In this document: positions 9,648-18,751 of the stretch, in pieces | Layout: the number at the start of each line of letters is the position of its first letter | Position numbering within the stretch: position 1 is the stretch's first letter | NCBI GenBank assembly: GCA_963760615.1 | Contig: CAVXDX010000007.1 | Location: forward strand, 32,001-96,000 | DNA from: an uncultured Candidatus Micrarchaeota archaeon | GTDB taxonomy: Archaea; Micrarchaeota; Micrarchaeia; Burarchaeales; Fermentimicrarchaeaceae | Length of the DNA: 64,000 bases | Direction of reading: 5' to 3' | Made by a program: the position numbers and the translations under genes | Notes under the pieces: generated by a model | The model's database searches: none | The model's input: only the letters and a program-made list of their open reading frames with translations | What the model was told of the DNA's origin: nothing

Positions 9648-10544
9648 CTAAGCAAGCCGGTATTTCCTGAGTCTTGCAACTGCCTCTCCCCATGTTGGTA
9701 TGTTAGTCTGAGCACCGTATTTTTCAACAATAAATGATGACACGGAAGAAGCAATCTTGGCGCACATTTTAAGCTCCTCCCCCTTCAAAAAAGCTACTAG
9801 GAATGCTGCCCGGAAGGAATCGCCTGCTCCGGTGGGGTCAATGAGATTCGCCTTTACTATGGGGACATCAAAGCTACTTTCCCTTGTCATAACTGAACTG
9901 CCCTTAGCACCATAGGTCACTATTATGTATTCAAGAGGGAATGAAAAAAGCTCATCCCTCTTTCTCATTTTTAGAAGTTGTAGTATCCTCTTTATCTCAA
10001 ATTCGTTGCATGTGAGAAACTTTGCATTTTTCAGCACTATCTCAAGCTCTTCCCTTCGGTAGGCGTGTATGTCATAGCCTGGGTCAAAGGAAACTCCGGG
10101 ATATTTTTTGGCAATCCTCGAAGTGAGGTAGGGGTTGCCGTTTGCCAGGTGAACGATATCGTTTTTGCCAATCTTCAACTCAGGCAAATGTGCCTTTGCA
10201 AGTAATTCTGCAACTCCCCAATAGAAGAATGATATCTGTCTGCCTCTTGAGTCGTTGAACATAAATGCCCTTGCAGTCTGGCCTCCCTTCACCAATTTCA
10301 GCTTTATGATGTCAACTCCTATTTCCTTGAGGTGCTTCTCATAGGCAGATCCCCTGAAATCCTCGCCAACAAATGAGACAAGAGAGGATTCATGGCCCAG
10401 TTTTGAGCATACGGCGCAGAAGTTTCCTGCAGCTCCTCCGAAAAGGTCAAAATAGCCAGTTATGTATGCATTCGAATTTGGATTCGGAAATTTTTTGGTG
10501 TCACCGATGTAATCAAAAGCAACGTTACCTACAGCATATATCAT
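9648..10544 (-). CDS. PfkB family carbohydrate/nucleoside kinase
   Basis: GGAAGN, CNEFE, DPTGAGDSFRAAF motifs. Confidence 0.9.
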   Translation of the reverse strand: MIYAVGNVAFDYIGDTKKFPNPNSNAYITGYFDLFGGAAGNFCAVCSKLGHESSLVSFVGEDFRGSAYEKHLKEIGVDIIKLKLVKGGQTARAFMFNDSRGRQISFFYWGVAELLAKAHLPELKIGKNDIVHLANGNPYLTSRIAKKYPGVSFDPGYDIHAYRREELEIVLKNAKFLTCNEFEIKRILQLLKMRKRDELFSFPLEYIIVTYGAKGSSVMTRESSFDVPIVKANLIDPTGAGDSFRAAFLVAFLKGEELKMCAKIASSVSSFIVEKYGAQTNIPTWGEAVARLRKYRLA

Positions 10545-10909
10545 TCAATCACCTCAAACTCCAGCTTACCGCCATTCTGGTCGTACACGCCAATGCTGCT
10601 CTCATCGAATGGGTATGCAACTATTATATGGACACCACCAGTCCTTGAAAATGAGAGCAAATCACCAGCTGAAGGTCTAGAACTTGGGTTTGGATGCGAA
10701 TGCACGCTGCCAGCATATTTTATGGGGTAGGGTACCATGTAGTGGTCAAAGGATGAGAAGCCCTTGCCGTAAGTTGACCTTGGCAACAGCAGCACCTCGT
10801 AGATTTCCTTCCTCTTATTCTCCCTCAGAAGCCCTATGAACTCTCTGGGATAAATGTTCCTTGCCATATTTAGCATGAACTCCAGTGCTGTTTTTTTTAT
10901 CTTTATCAT
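10541..10909 (-). CDS. JAMM/MPN+ metalloprotease (desampylase-like)
   Basis: E(FIGLL)...HSHPNPSSRPSAGD JAMM motif. Confidence 0.9.
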   Translation of the reverse strand: MIKIKKTALEFMLNMARNIYPREFIGLLRENKRKEIYEVLLLPRSTYGKGFSSFDHYMVPYPIKYAGSVHSHPNPSSRPSAGDLLSFSRTGGVHIIVAYPFDESSIGVYDQNGGKLEFEVIE

Positions 10910-10961
10910 ACAACCATTAATAAATATTAAAAGGCGAGATATTTAAAGAAATAGTGATTCC

Positions 10962-12251
10962 ATGGGAATTCTGATAAGGAATGTGGATGTGCTCACGCAG
11001 AACAGCAGAAGGGAGCTGCTTAGAGGAGTGGACATCCTGATTGAGAGGAATAGAATAGAAAAGATCGGGGAGAACATAAAAGAGAAGGCGGAGTTCAGAA
11101 TTGACGGCAGGGGGAAGCTTGCAATTCCGGGCTTGATAAACACGCATACGCATCTCGCAATGACCTTATTCAGGGGGTATGCGGATGATGCCGTCTTCTG
11201 GGAGGCATGGCCAAAGAAGGTATGGCCAAGGGAGGCCAAGCTGAAGGCAGATGATGTTTACTGGGGCTCTCTTGTGGGATGCCTGGAGATGATTAGAAGC
11301 GGTACAACCTCTTTCGCCGATATGTATTTCTTCATGGATGAAACGGCAAGAGCAGTCAAAAAAGCAGGAATCAGAGCTAATCTATCATATGGTATGATTG
11401 ACTCCGGCGATGCAAAAAAAATGGAGAAAGAACTTAGAGTTGGGGAAAAGTTCGTAAGAGAGCACAACAAAACTGCTGACGGTAGAATCCAGTGTTCCTT
11501 TGGGCCTCACGCCCCGTATACCTGTTCTAGAAGTCTGCTGGAAAAGACTGCTGAACTTTCGGAAAAATACAATGTTATGATTCAGATTCATTCATCTGAG
11601 ACAAGGAAGGAGATTTTCGACTCAATCAAGCAATTCGGGAAGAGGCCTGTTGATTATCTTGATTCAATTAACTTCCTGAGCGAAAGGGTAATTGCAGCTC
11701 ACTGCGTCTGGGTCACCAAAAGCGAGGTCAAGATTCTTGGTAAGAGGGAGGTCAAGGTATCCCACAACCCAGTGAGCAATATGAAGCTTGCGGGGGGCGG
11801 AGTCCCACCCATACCTGAAATGATGGAGAGCGGGGTCTGCATAACCTTCGGGACTGACGGCCCGGTTTCAAACAACTCACTGGATATGATTGAAACAATG
11901 AAGGTTGGCGCGCTGCTCCAGAAGATGCATAGGTGGGATGCTAGGGTTTTGAATGCACAGCAGGCTTTTGATTTTGCAACAATTAATGGAGCAAAGGCTC
12001 TTGGGATAGACTCAGGGAGTATCGAGGCTGGGAAGCTTGCGGATATAGTTCTTCTCAAGGTGAAATCGCCAAATCTTGTGCCATCCTACAGTTTAGTTTC
12101 TAATATAGTATATTCCTCCAACCCCAGCAATATTTCTGATGTTATAGTTGATGGGAAGCTGGTCATGAGCGAAGGCAGGATTCAGATGATGGATGAGGAG
12201 AAGGTTTTGGAGAAGGCGGAGAAAGTTGCATCTGACCTTATGGGTAGATAG
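10962..12251 (+). CDS. mtaD: 5'-methylthioadenosine/S-adenosylhomocysteine deaminase-type amidohydrolase
   Basis: NTHTH, PHAPYT, IHSSET, AAHCV, GTDGPVSNN motifs; followed by a phosphorylase. Confidence 0.85.
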   Translation: MGILIRNVDVLTQNSRRELLRGVDILIERNRIEKIGENIKEKAEFRIDGRGKLAIPGLINTHTHLAMTLFRGYADDAVFWEAWPKKVWPREAKLKADDVYWGSLVGCLEMIRSGTTSFADMYFFMDETARAVKKAGIRANLSYGMIDSGDAKKMEKELRVGEKFVREHNKTADGRIQCSFGPHAPYTCSRSLLEKTAELSEKYNVMIQIHSSETRKEIFDSIKQFGKRPVDYLDSINFLSERVIAAHCVWVTKSEVKILGKREVKVSHNPVSNMKLAGGGVPPIPEMMESGVCITFGTDGPVSNNSLDMIETMKVGALLQKMHRWDARVLNAQQAFDFATINGAKALGIDSGSIEAGKLADIVLLKVKSPNLVPSYSLVSNIVYSSNPSNISDVIVDGKLVMSEGRIQMMDEEKVLEKAEKVASDLMGR

Positions 12252-12252
12252 C

Positions 12253-12975
12253 ATGAGGAAATTCGCAGTTGTAGGCGGGAGCGGTTTCTACAGATTCATT
12301 GATGGGAGCAAGAAGGAGGTGGCAACACCCTACGGGAATGTGAGTATAATTCTCAACAGATTCGAGGGTGCGGAAATTGCATTTCTTGCAAGGCATGGAG
12401 AGAAGCATGCAATTCCGCCGCACATGGTGAACCACAAGGCGAACATGTCTGCGCTGCACAGACTGGGTTATAAAAATATTTTTGCTATGAGCGCAAGCGG
12501 GATAATCTACGGCTATAAGCCTGGCGATTTGATACTGGTGAGGGATTTCATCGCTTTTCACCTTGGAGCAGTGACCTTCTTTGATAGCTTCGGCTTCGAG
12601 ATCAAACATGTTGACATGGGCGAGCCATATTCAAATGAGTTGAACTCGATTTTGAAAAAAGCTGCAGAGCTGGAGAGGATTGGAATTAAGGATGGGGGGA
12701 TAGTTGCAGCTACGGCAGGACCTAGGTTTGAGACAAAAAGCGAGATAAGCGCATTCAAGAAACTTGGGGCTAACCTAGTGAGCATGACTAATGCGCAGGA
12801 GTGCATTCTGGCAAATGAGCTTGGAATGAAATACGCGGCAGTTGCTATAGGGACAAATTACGCTGCAGGAATCAGTAAAAAGAAGCTGAGAATAGAGGAA
12901 GTTTTTGGGATGATGAAGAGGAAGAATGATGAGCTGAAAAGACTTTTCAAAAGAGCAGCTCTCACAAAACTTTAG
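12253..12975 (+). CDS. MTAP/PNP family phosphorylase, probably methylthioinosine phosphorylase
   Basis: VGGSG, ARHG..HAIPPH, GPRFET..E, SMT, GTNYAAG (Asn typical of 6-oxopurine specificity); ATG at 12253. Confidence 0.8.
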   Translation: MRKFAVVGGSGFYRFIDGSKKEVATPYGNVSIILNRFEGAEIAFLARHGEKHAIPPHMVNHKANMSALHRLGYKNIFAMSASGIIYGYKPGDLILVRDFIAFHLGAVTFFDSFGFEIKHVDMGEPYSNELNSILKKAAELERIGIKDGGIVAATAGPRFETKSEISAFKKLGANLVSMTNAQECILANELGMKYAAVAIGTNYAAGISKKKLRIEEVFGMMKRKNDELKRLFKRAALTKL

Positions 12976-13636
12976 ACGCAGTTGCATCCTTCACCTCAAG
13001 CGAGCCGGAGGTTCCTTTCCAGCTTATTTCCGAGCTTGCTATTTTTATTCTGTACTTAAAGAAAGGCGCGTTCAGGACCATGGACTCATACTCTCCCCCT
13101 TCCCCGCTTAGGTTTATGCTGAATTTCTTTCCCAGATTTACCAAATCATCTATACATTTACTGTCAATGTTCCTCCCAAGCCAGTTCTTGTCGAAACCCT
13201 CTGCGGATACTGAAGTGAGGATAATTTCAAACCCTGCATCCAGCATCTCTCTGAGAAGCTGCTCCGGGTTTTTATGCCAGAGCGGGGAGAAGCTTCTAAG
13301 GTTGAGCTTCTCACACAGCATGTCTATCTTCTCCTTCTGGTACTCACTTGCAACAGCTCCTGTTATGACTGCATCAATTCTCAAATCTGACAGGACATCC
13401 TCCAGATCATCCAGCTCCACATCTTTTTTGCCGCTTGTTTTCTTCATAATGAGGGGAAGGTCCATGGCATCTGCCTGAAGTGGAGTCCACCTGACATTCG
13501 GATAGTGGAACATATAGGAGGAAGAAGATTCGGGGAGCATTGTCACAAGGGACACCACATCCCAGCCGTAGGAAAGAGCAAGCCATGCTGCGTATGTGCT
13601 ATCTTTTCCACCGCTGAAAAGCACTGCAACTTTCAT
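12962..13636 (-). CDS. dph6: diphthine--ammonia ligase
   Basis: LFSGGKDS, SYMFH, GAVASEYQ, GEGGEYES. Confidence 0.92.
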   Translation of the reverse strand: MKVAVLFSGGKDSTYAAWLALSYGWDVVSLVTMLPESSSSYMFHYPNVRWTPLQADAMDLPLIMKKTSGKKDVELDDLEDVLSDLRIDAVITGAVASEYQKEKIDMLCEKLNLRSFSPLWHKNPEQLLREMLDAGFEIILTSVSAEGFDKNWLGRNIDSKCIDDLVNLGKKFSINLSGEGGEYESMVLNAPFFKYRIKIASSEISWKGTSGSLEVKDATASKVL

Positions 13637-13644
13637 TGGAATAC

Positions 13645-14073
13645 CTACAGCTTAACAAGCTTCATCATTTTCGTAATTAGAACTGAGGATTTGTGCTCTT
13701 GGGGGTTGAAGCTCTTTTTTATTCTGACAACCCTTGCGCTCATCCCCATCTCCTTAAGCTTTTTCTTGAGGAACTTCTCATCCTCTCTCTGGTCGTATCC
13801 CAGGGCAATTACTGAAGGTTTAATTTTCCTTATGATTTCATACCTGCCTCCTGTGCCCCCAAGCACTGCAGAATCTACAAACTTGAGGGATTCCACAAGT
13901 TTTCTTCTAGACTCCTCATCAAGGACAGGCTCCCTTTTCTTCAGCTTTCTTATTGTGGAGTCTCTTGCAACCACAACGATGAGCTTGTCGCCCAGCTTCC
14001 TAGCATGTTTCAGGTAGGTGTAATGACCCATGTGCAGGATGTCGAAACAGCCGAATGCAAGGACTTTTTTCAT
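13645..14073 (-). CDS. ribL: archaeal FAD synthase (cytidylyltransferase family)
   Basis: FGCFDILHMGH, VVVARD, ALGYDQ. Confidence 0.8.
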   Translation of the reverse strand: MKKVLAFGCFDILHMGHYTYLKHARKLGDKLIVVVARDSTIRKLKKREPVLDEESRRKLVESLKFVDSAVLGGTGGRYEIIRKIKPSVIALGYDQREDEKFLKKKLKEMGMSARVVRIKKSFNPQEHKSSVLITKMMKLVKL

Positions 14074-14790
14074 CTAAGTCACCTTCTCATATCTTCCGAC
14101 TAATGTTCCGCTAGCTGTGATAGAGCTCCCGTTTACTAGGTCTGTGTATTCTACATAAAGTTTAAAGCAGTAGGTGGTCCCTAGTGATGTATCAACAGGT
14201 ATTGAACCGTCCTTATCCGTGCAGTATAATTTGTTTTTAGTGCTGAGACCAGTAACATCAGCGAGATAATGAGATTGCAGCATTACGGGTTGCTGTAGTT
14301 GTCCATCAAAGCTTTGTTGACTGCCTGCCTCATCTACTGAATCTATCCTAACGCATTTTATTCTATTTATCTGTATATCGTGTTCTAAACCATTCCCAAG
14401 CCTCAAATCAAGTTCTGAAGTTCCTGAATTTAACCGATACGCAACACACGATAGACCGTTTGTTAAGTAGCACTGTCCTAGGTTAGGGCAATTGACAACA
14501 CCCATAGAGGCATATATAAAAAAGAATATGGAAATGAGCAAAAGAACTGATATTATCATCCTTGTAGTTTTGTCTATATGTGGTTTGATTATTACCGATA
14601 TCCCAATTATCAGTACAAGTAAAGTTAGGATTATTGTTTTTTGGATTGCATGGGAGGGTTTTGCACAGGGTATTGCACAAATTTCGTTAGGTGATCTAGT
14701 TTCTAGATAGTACCACCAGAAAACTACTAATAGTGCTATCAAAAGCACTACTCTCAAAATCCAGAGTAAATTCAATCTATTTTTCTTCAT
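14074..14790 (-). CDS. 3-TM membrane protein with Cys-paired extracellular domain (pilin-like head; paralog of 31073-31771)
   Basis: Three hydrophobic segments, then CYLTNGLSC...LRLGNG...KC...YCTDKDGSIP...C..YVEYTD; AT-rich. Confidence 0.7.
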   Translation of the reverse strand: MKKNRLNLLWILRVVLLIALLVVFWWYYLETRSPNEICAIPCAKPSHAIQKTIILTLLVLIIGISVIIKPHIDKTTRMIISVLLLISIFFFIYASMGVVNCPNLGQCYLTNGLSCVAYRLNSGTSELDLRLGNGLEHDIQINRIKCVRIDSVDEAGSQQSFDGQLQQPVMLQSHYLADVTGLSTKNKLYCTDKDGSIPVDTSLGTTYCFKLYVEYTDLVNGSSITASGTLVGRYEKVT

Positions 14791-14798
14791 TCCCACAC

Positions 14799-16097
14799 CT
14801 ATGGGTATACTCTGTTTATCGTCCTTGGGAATGGAATTGCATCCCTGATGTGATCGAGGTTGAGAACCCATTTCAGCATTCTTTCAATTCCCAGGCCGAA
14901 GCCTGAATGCGGCACTGAGCCGTATTTCCTCAAATCAATGTACCACTGGTAGCTCTTTGTATCCAGCTTCTCTTCCTTTATCCTCTTCATGAGCTCATCG
15001 TACTCCCATATTCTCTCAGAACCGCCCACAAGTTCTCCATGCCCATGAGGAGCCTGCATGTCTGCATTCAAAACAGTTTCAGGGTTCTCAGGGTTGATTT
15101 TCATGTAGAAAGCCCTTCCCTCTTTGGGATAGTTGTAGATGAATATTGGCTTTTCTACATCTGCAGTTAGAATCTCCTCATCCTCTGTTCCGAAGTCATC
15201 TCCCCATTTCTTTTTCACTCCTTTCTTAGCAAGGAAGTCAATTGCATCGTCATAGCTCACTCTTTTGAATGGGGGTGAAACCTTTGCAAGTGTCTCTGGC
15301 TTAACCTTGAAGAATTCCAGCAAGTCTGCATGGTTCTTTGCAAGCTTCTGGCATGCGTAGGAAACAAGCTCCTCCTGCAACTTCATGTTGTCTTCATTAT
15401 AGTAGAATGCCTCCTCCGCCTCAAGATGCCAGTACTCTGCAAGATGCTTGACTGTTCTGCTCTTCTCCGCTCTGAAGGAAGGGGCAAGCACGAATATCTT
15501 CTCAAGCGCTGTTATGAAAACCTCATTGTACAACTGGGCACTCTGAGTAAGATATGCAACATCGTCAAAATATTTGAATTCAAAGAGAGTTGAGCCTCCC
15601 TCGCAGCCTGCTTGGGTTATTATAGGAGGTGCAACCTCCCAGAAGTCATGGGAGTAGAAGTATTCCCTCAAATAACCGATGAGGTGCTGCCTCACCTTCA
15701 TTACATTTGTAAGCTTCTGGGAGCGCAGCCAGAGGTGCCTCAAATCAAGCAATAATTCAGTGCTCTGGTGCTCAGTGATCGGGAAAGGCTCTGAGAAGCT
15801 TATCACTGAGAAATCGTTCACCTGGAGCTCATACCCCTCAGGAGCCCGCTTGTCTTCCTTCACAACTCCTTTTGCTGTGACTGCGGATTCCAGTAGAGCT
15901 TTGTCTGCATTTTCGTATGCTTTCCCAGAAACATTCTCTTTCTTGATTGCAATTTGCATTATCCCGGTTGAATCTCTTAGGACAAGGAACTGCACTCCTC
16001 CACTGGATCTCTTCCTGTGAATCCAGCCTCTGAGATTGACCTCCTTTCCAGTGTATTTTCCTGAGAATACTTTTCCAATCTGAGTGAATTCAGGCAT
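14799..16097 (-). CDS. asnS: asparagine--tRNA ligase
   Basis: OB fold LRGWIHRKRSSGG; YLTQSAQLY, FRAEKSRT..HLAEYWHLEAE, GELVGGSER, PHSGFGLGIER. Confidence 0.93.
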   Translation of the reverse strand: MPEFTQIGKVFSGKYTGKEVNLRGWIHRKRSSGGVQFLVLRDSTGIMQIAIKKENVSGKAYENADKALLESAVTAKGVVKEDKRAPEGYELQVNDFSVISFSEPFPITEHQSTELLLDLRHLWLRSQKLTNVMKVRQHLIGYLREYFYSHDFWEVAPPIITQAGCEGGSTLFEFKYFDDVAYLTQSAQLYNEVFITALEKIFVLAPSFRAEKSRTVKHLAEYWHLEAEEAFYYNEDNMKLQEELVSYACQKLAKNHADLLEFFKVKPETLAKVSPPFKRVSYDDAIDFLAKKGVKKKWGDDFGTEDEEILTADVEKPIFIYNYPKEGRAFYMKINPENPETVLNADMQAPHGHGELVGGSERIWEYDELMKRIKEEKLDTKSYQWYIDLRKYGSVPHSGFGLGIERMLKWVLNLDHIRDAIPFPRTINRVYP

Positions 16098-17292
16098 ACG
16101 GATCACCTATGTTTTCAATTGCAGATTTTATTGCCTCCTCAAGCTTTTCTGTCTTTCCTGCACCGCTCACGAAATACTCCTTCCCTCCCCATTTCCCTTC
16201 CATAATTCCAAATGCTTTTTCTGCAATCGATTTTAAGTCAATACTCATTTCTTGGTTTTTGGCCATGAGGAGGAAACCCTTCTCACCCTTGTTGCCAAAT
16301 ATAACTAATGCATTCTCCTCTTTTATTAATTCTCCTGCCTTTTCCATGAGTTTTTTGCTGTCAGTACCTGAGAAAACTTTTGAGTATATCTTCATCCCTC
16401 CTTTCTGGATGGGTTCGATTCTGCTGAGCAGCTCCTCATTCAGCTCTTTGAGCTGCTCCTGCATCATTATGTTCTCGGCTTTTAGCTTCTCCGCTGTTTT
16501 CTCAAGCAGTTCGGGGTGGGTCTGCAGAATAGAGCAGGTGTTCATAGTTATTTTTTTCATCTCAAGCAGGAAATCTTTTGCTTTTTCGCCAAATTCAAAC
16601 TCCAAAGTATACTCGTTTCCTTCTCTCGTAAGGCGTGTGAGGGTGAGGAAGCCTATCTCATTCGTATTGACAACATGGATTCCGGAACAGGCGGACTTGT
16701 CAAACCCCTCAATCTCAACAACTCTCACCTCATTTCCTTTTATCCTGTCAAGCTTCACCCTGAAATCCCCCTTCCCAGCCTCCTCTTTCTTCACCCAGCG
16801 GACTACAACTCGTCTGCCTTCCTTAATAACCTGGTTTGCAAGCTTCTCGGCCTCGGCAATTCTTGTAAAATCGAGGGGCTCGGGACTTCTTATGAAAAGC
16901 GCATGCCTTCCAACATCAATATTGTCCTTCACAACATAGAGATTTGGGAAAAGCCTTGAGAGGCACTGGAAGAACATATGCTGAGCGGTATGTGCCCTCA
17001 TGAGTTCATATCTTCTCCCCCAGTCAAGCTTGCACTGAACCTCTTCCCCAGGCTCTATTTTCCCTTCAAGCATGCATACATGGATGACCGACCCTTTCTC
17101 CAGCCTCGTTTCAACAACCTTTGCAGTTCCTTTCTTCCCAACAATAATTCCAGTATCAAAACTCTGTCCTCCACCACCTGGGAAGAAGGCTGTCCTCTCA
17201 AGAATAATCAACGCATGGGAGTTGGAGTAGGAAATGGAATTAACTCTAGAAGTGAAGGATTTGAGGTAAGGCTCCTCGTAATACAGCTCCAT
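16090..17292 (-). CDS. alaX: alanyl-tRNA editing protein AlaX with C-terminal DHHA1/C-Ala domain
   Basis: TAFFPGGGGQ..DTG, RAHTAQH, ACSGIHV, C-terminal GKWGG..F..GAG. Confidence 0.88.
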   Translation of the reverse strand: MELYYEEPYLKSFTSRVNSISYSNSHALIILERTAFFPGGGGQSFDTGIIVGKKGTAKVVETRLEKGSVIHVCMLEGKIEPGEEVQCKLDWGRRYELMRAHTAQHMFFQCLSRLFPNLYVVKDNIDVGRHALFIRSPEPLDFTRIAEAEKLANQVIKEGRRVVVRWVKKEEAGKGDFRVKLDRIKGNEVRVVEIEGFDKSACSGIHVVNTNEIGFLTLTRLTREGNEYTLEFEFGEKAKDFLLEMKKITMNTCSILQTHPELLEKTAEKLKAENIMMQEQLKELNEELLSRIEPIQKGGMKIYSKVFSGTDSKKLMEKAGELIKEENALVIFGNKGEKGFLLMAKNQEMSIDLKSIAEKAFGIMEGKWGGKEYFVSGAGKTEKLEEAIKSAIENIGDPYA

Positions 17293-17302
17293 GTTCTCCT
17301 TC

Positions 17303-18670
17303 TCAGATGAGTTTGTCAATGAAGAACTCTTTTGTGGATAGGTAGGAATTCAGGAACTCATCGAAATTCTCATTTAGAATATCCTCATCCACAAGCAGGT
17401 ATGCCCTCTTCATGCTCTTGGATATGTAGGAGGGTATAGCATAGCTGGTTGGCTTTTTGGTTATCTTTTTAACAAGCTCCAGAGCGTCAGTCACTTTTCT
17501 GTGCTCCACGGCAACAACCTTGTCTCCCTCAACGTGGGGTCCTCCAATTGCGTTCCTGTGCTTCCTTATGAAGCTCCCCACGTCTCTCTCGTAGACAATT
17601 GCTGGGCCAATAGCCTTCCTCACTGCTGGAAGCTTGTAGGTGGAAAGCTCAAGCAGTATAACGCATCTTTTATCCTCATCGCTCCAGAAGTCATAGCCGA
17701 AGAGCTTGAATTCCGCAATTTCCAAATGCTTGGCAATGCTGCCAGCTGCCTTCTTGAGCTGCGGCCAGAGTATATCCGGCACGACTTTCGGAGTGGGGAA
17801 CACTATGGCAACAAACTTTGTCCCCCTGCCTCTCATCCTCTTGGCGAGCTCCTTTCTGGAGAACTCCTCCTCATCTGCAAAGAAGAAGCTCTTGCTTGGC
17901 TTTTTGAGGAATGCCCTTGATGCAAGGATGAATTTCGAGAGAGATATGGCGGAAACCGCGGCAGCTACATTCCTGTTCCTGTCAACTGGGTCTATCACAA
18001 TGAGAGGGACTTTGAATTTCTCCCTCATCTCCTTCTCAGTGTGGTATCGCTCTATGTCCACAACAGGGTTCCTCCACTTTGAGGAGTTCTTTAACAACTC
18101 CATGAATGAGCCGTAGTGCAGAATGAGAAGCTCGCAGAGGTACCCCGAGAAGCCCTCAACCTTCAGCTCAGCTCCGTATACTCCAAGCCTCTTCAAGAAC
18201 TGTTTTAACAGCCTCACCTCATCAGCTTTATGTTCATCAAACCTTGAGAGTATGTACCTCTTGTGAAGCGGGGAGCGATCTACAGCTGATGCTCTTTCAT
18301 TTATATTCAGTATCTTGAATGAGGGGACTATCTCTATGGTGCATCCTTCTACATCTGCCTTGAGATAAGGATGTTCGGCATAGCCTATCCGCCAAGGGTG
18401 GGGGGAGACTGCTTTTTTAGCATATCGGAGCCCCTTGCTCACAAGTTCCTTTTTAGTAGTCTCCTTGGGGAACAGCATGAAGAGGTCAACATCCCGGTCA
18501 TTCCTCAAATCTGTATTCTTTGCAATGGAGCCGACTATTTCAAGCTCCACATTCCGAGGAATGAATTTTCTCAGCCTTGATTTCATCCACTCCGCAATGC
18601 TCAGCTCCCATTCTCTCTCCTCAGGAGAAGGCTTTATCCTCTCAAGAACCTCGCTTAGAAGCTTATCCAT
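17303..18670 (-). CDS. cca: archaeal class I CCA-adding enzyme
   Basis: GSIAKNTDL...DVDLF, YAEHPY, AVDRSPLH, VYGAELKVEGFSGYLCELL. Confidence 0.96.
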   Translation of the reverse strand: MDKLLSEVLERIKPSPEEREWELSIAEWMKSRLRKFIPRNVELEIVGSIAKNTDLRNDRDVDLFMLFPKETTKKELVSKGLRYAKKAVSPHPWRIGYAEHPYLKADVEGCTIEIVPSFKILNINERASAVDRSPLHKRYILSRFDEHKADEVRLLKQFLKRLGVYGAELKVEGFSGYLCELLILHYGSFMELLKNSSKWRNPVVDIERYHTEKEMREKFKVPLIVIDPVDRNRNVAAAVSAISLSKFILASRAFLKKPSKSFFFADEEEFSRKELAKRMRGRGTKFVAIVFPTPKVVPDILWPQLKKAAGSIAKHLEIAEFKLFGYDFWSDEDKRCVILLELSTYKLPAVRKAIGPAIVYERDVGSFIRKHRNAIGGPHVEGDKVVAVEHRKVTDALELVKKITKKPTSYAIPSYISKSMKRAYLLVDEDILNENFDEFLNSYLSTKEFFIDKLI

Positions 18671-18751
18671 GGTAGTATTTCGGAGAGCTGTTTAAAAATA
18701 TGTTGTGGAAACTTCAGTGCTTTATTAATACTTTTGCTGAGAAAAAAGTTC

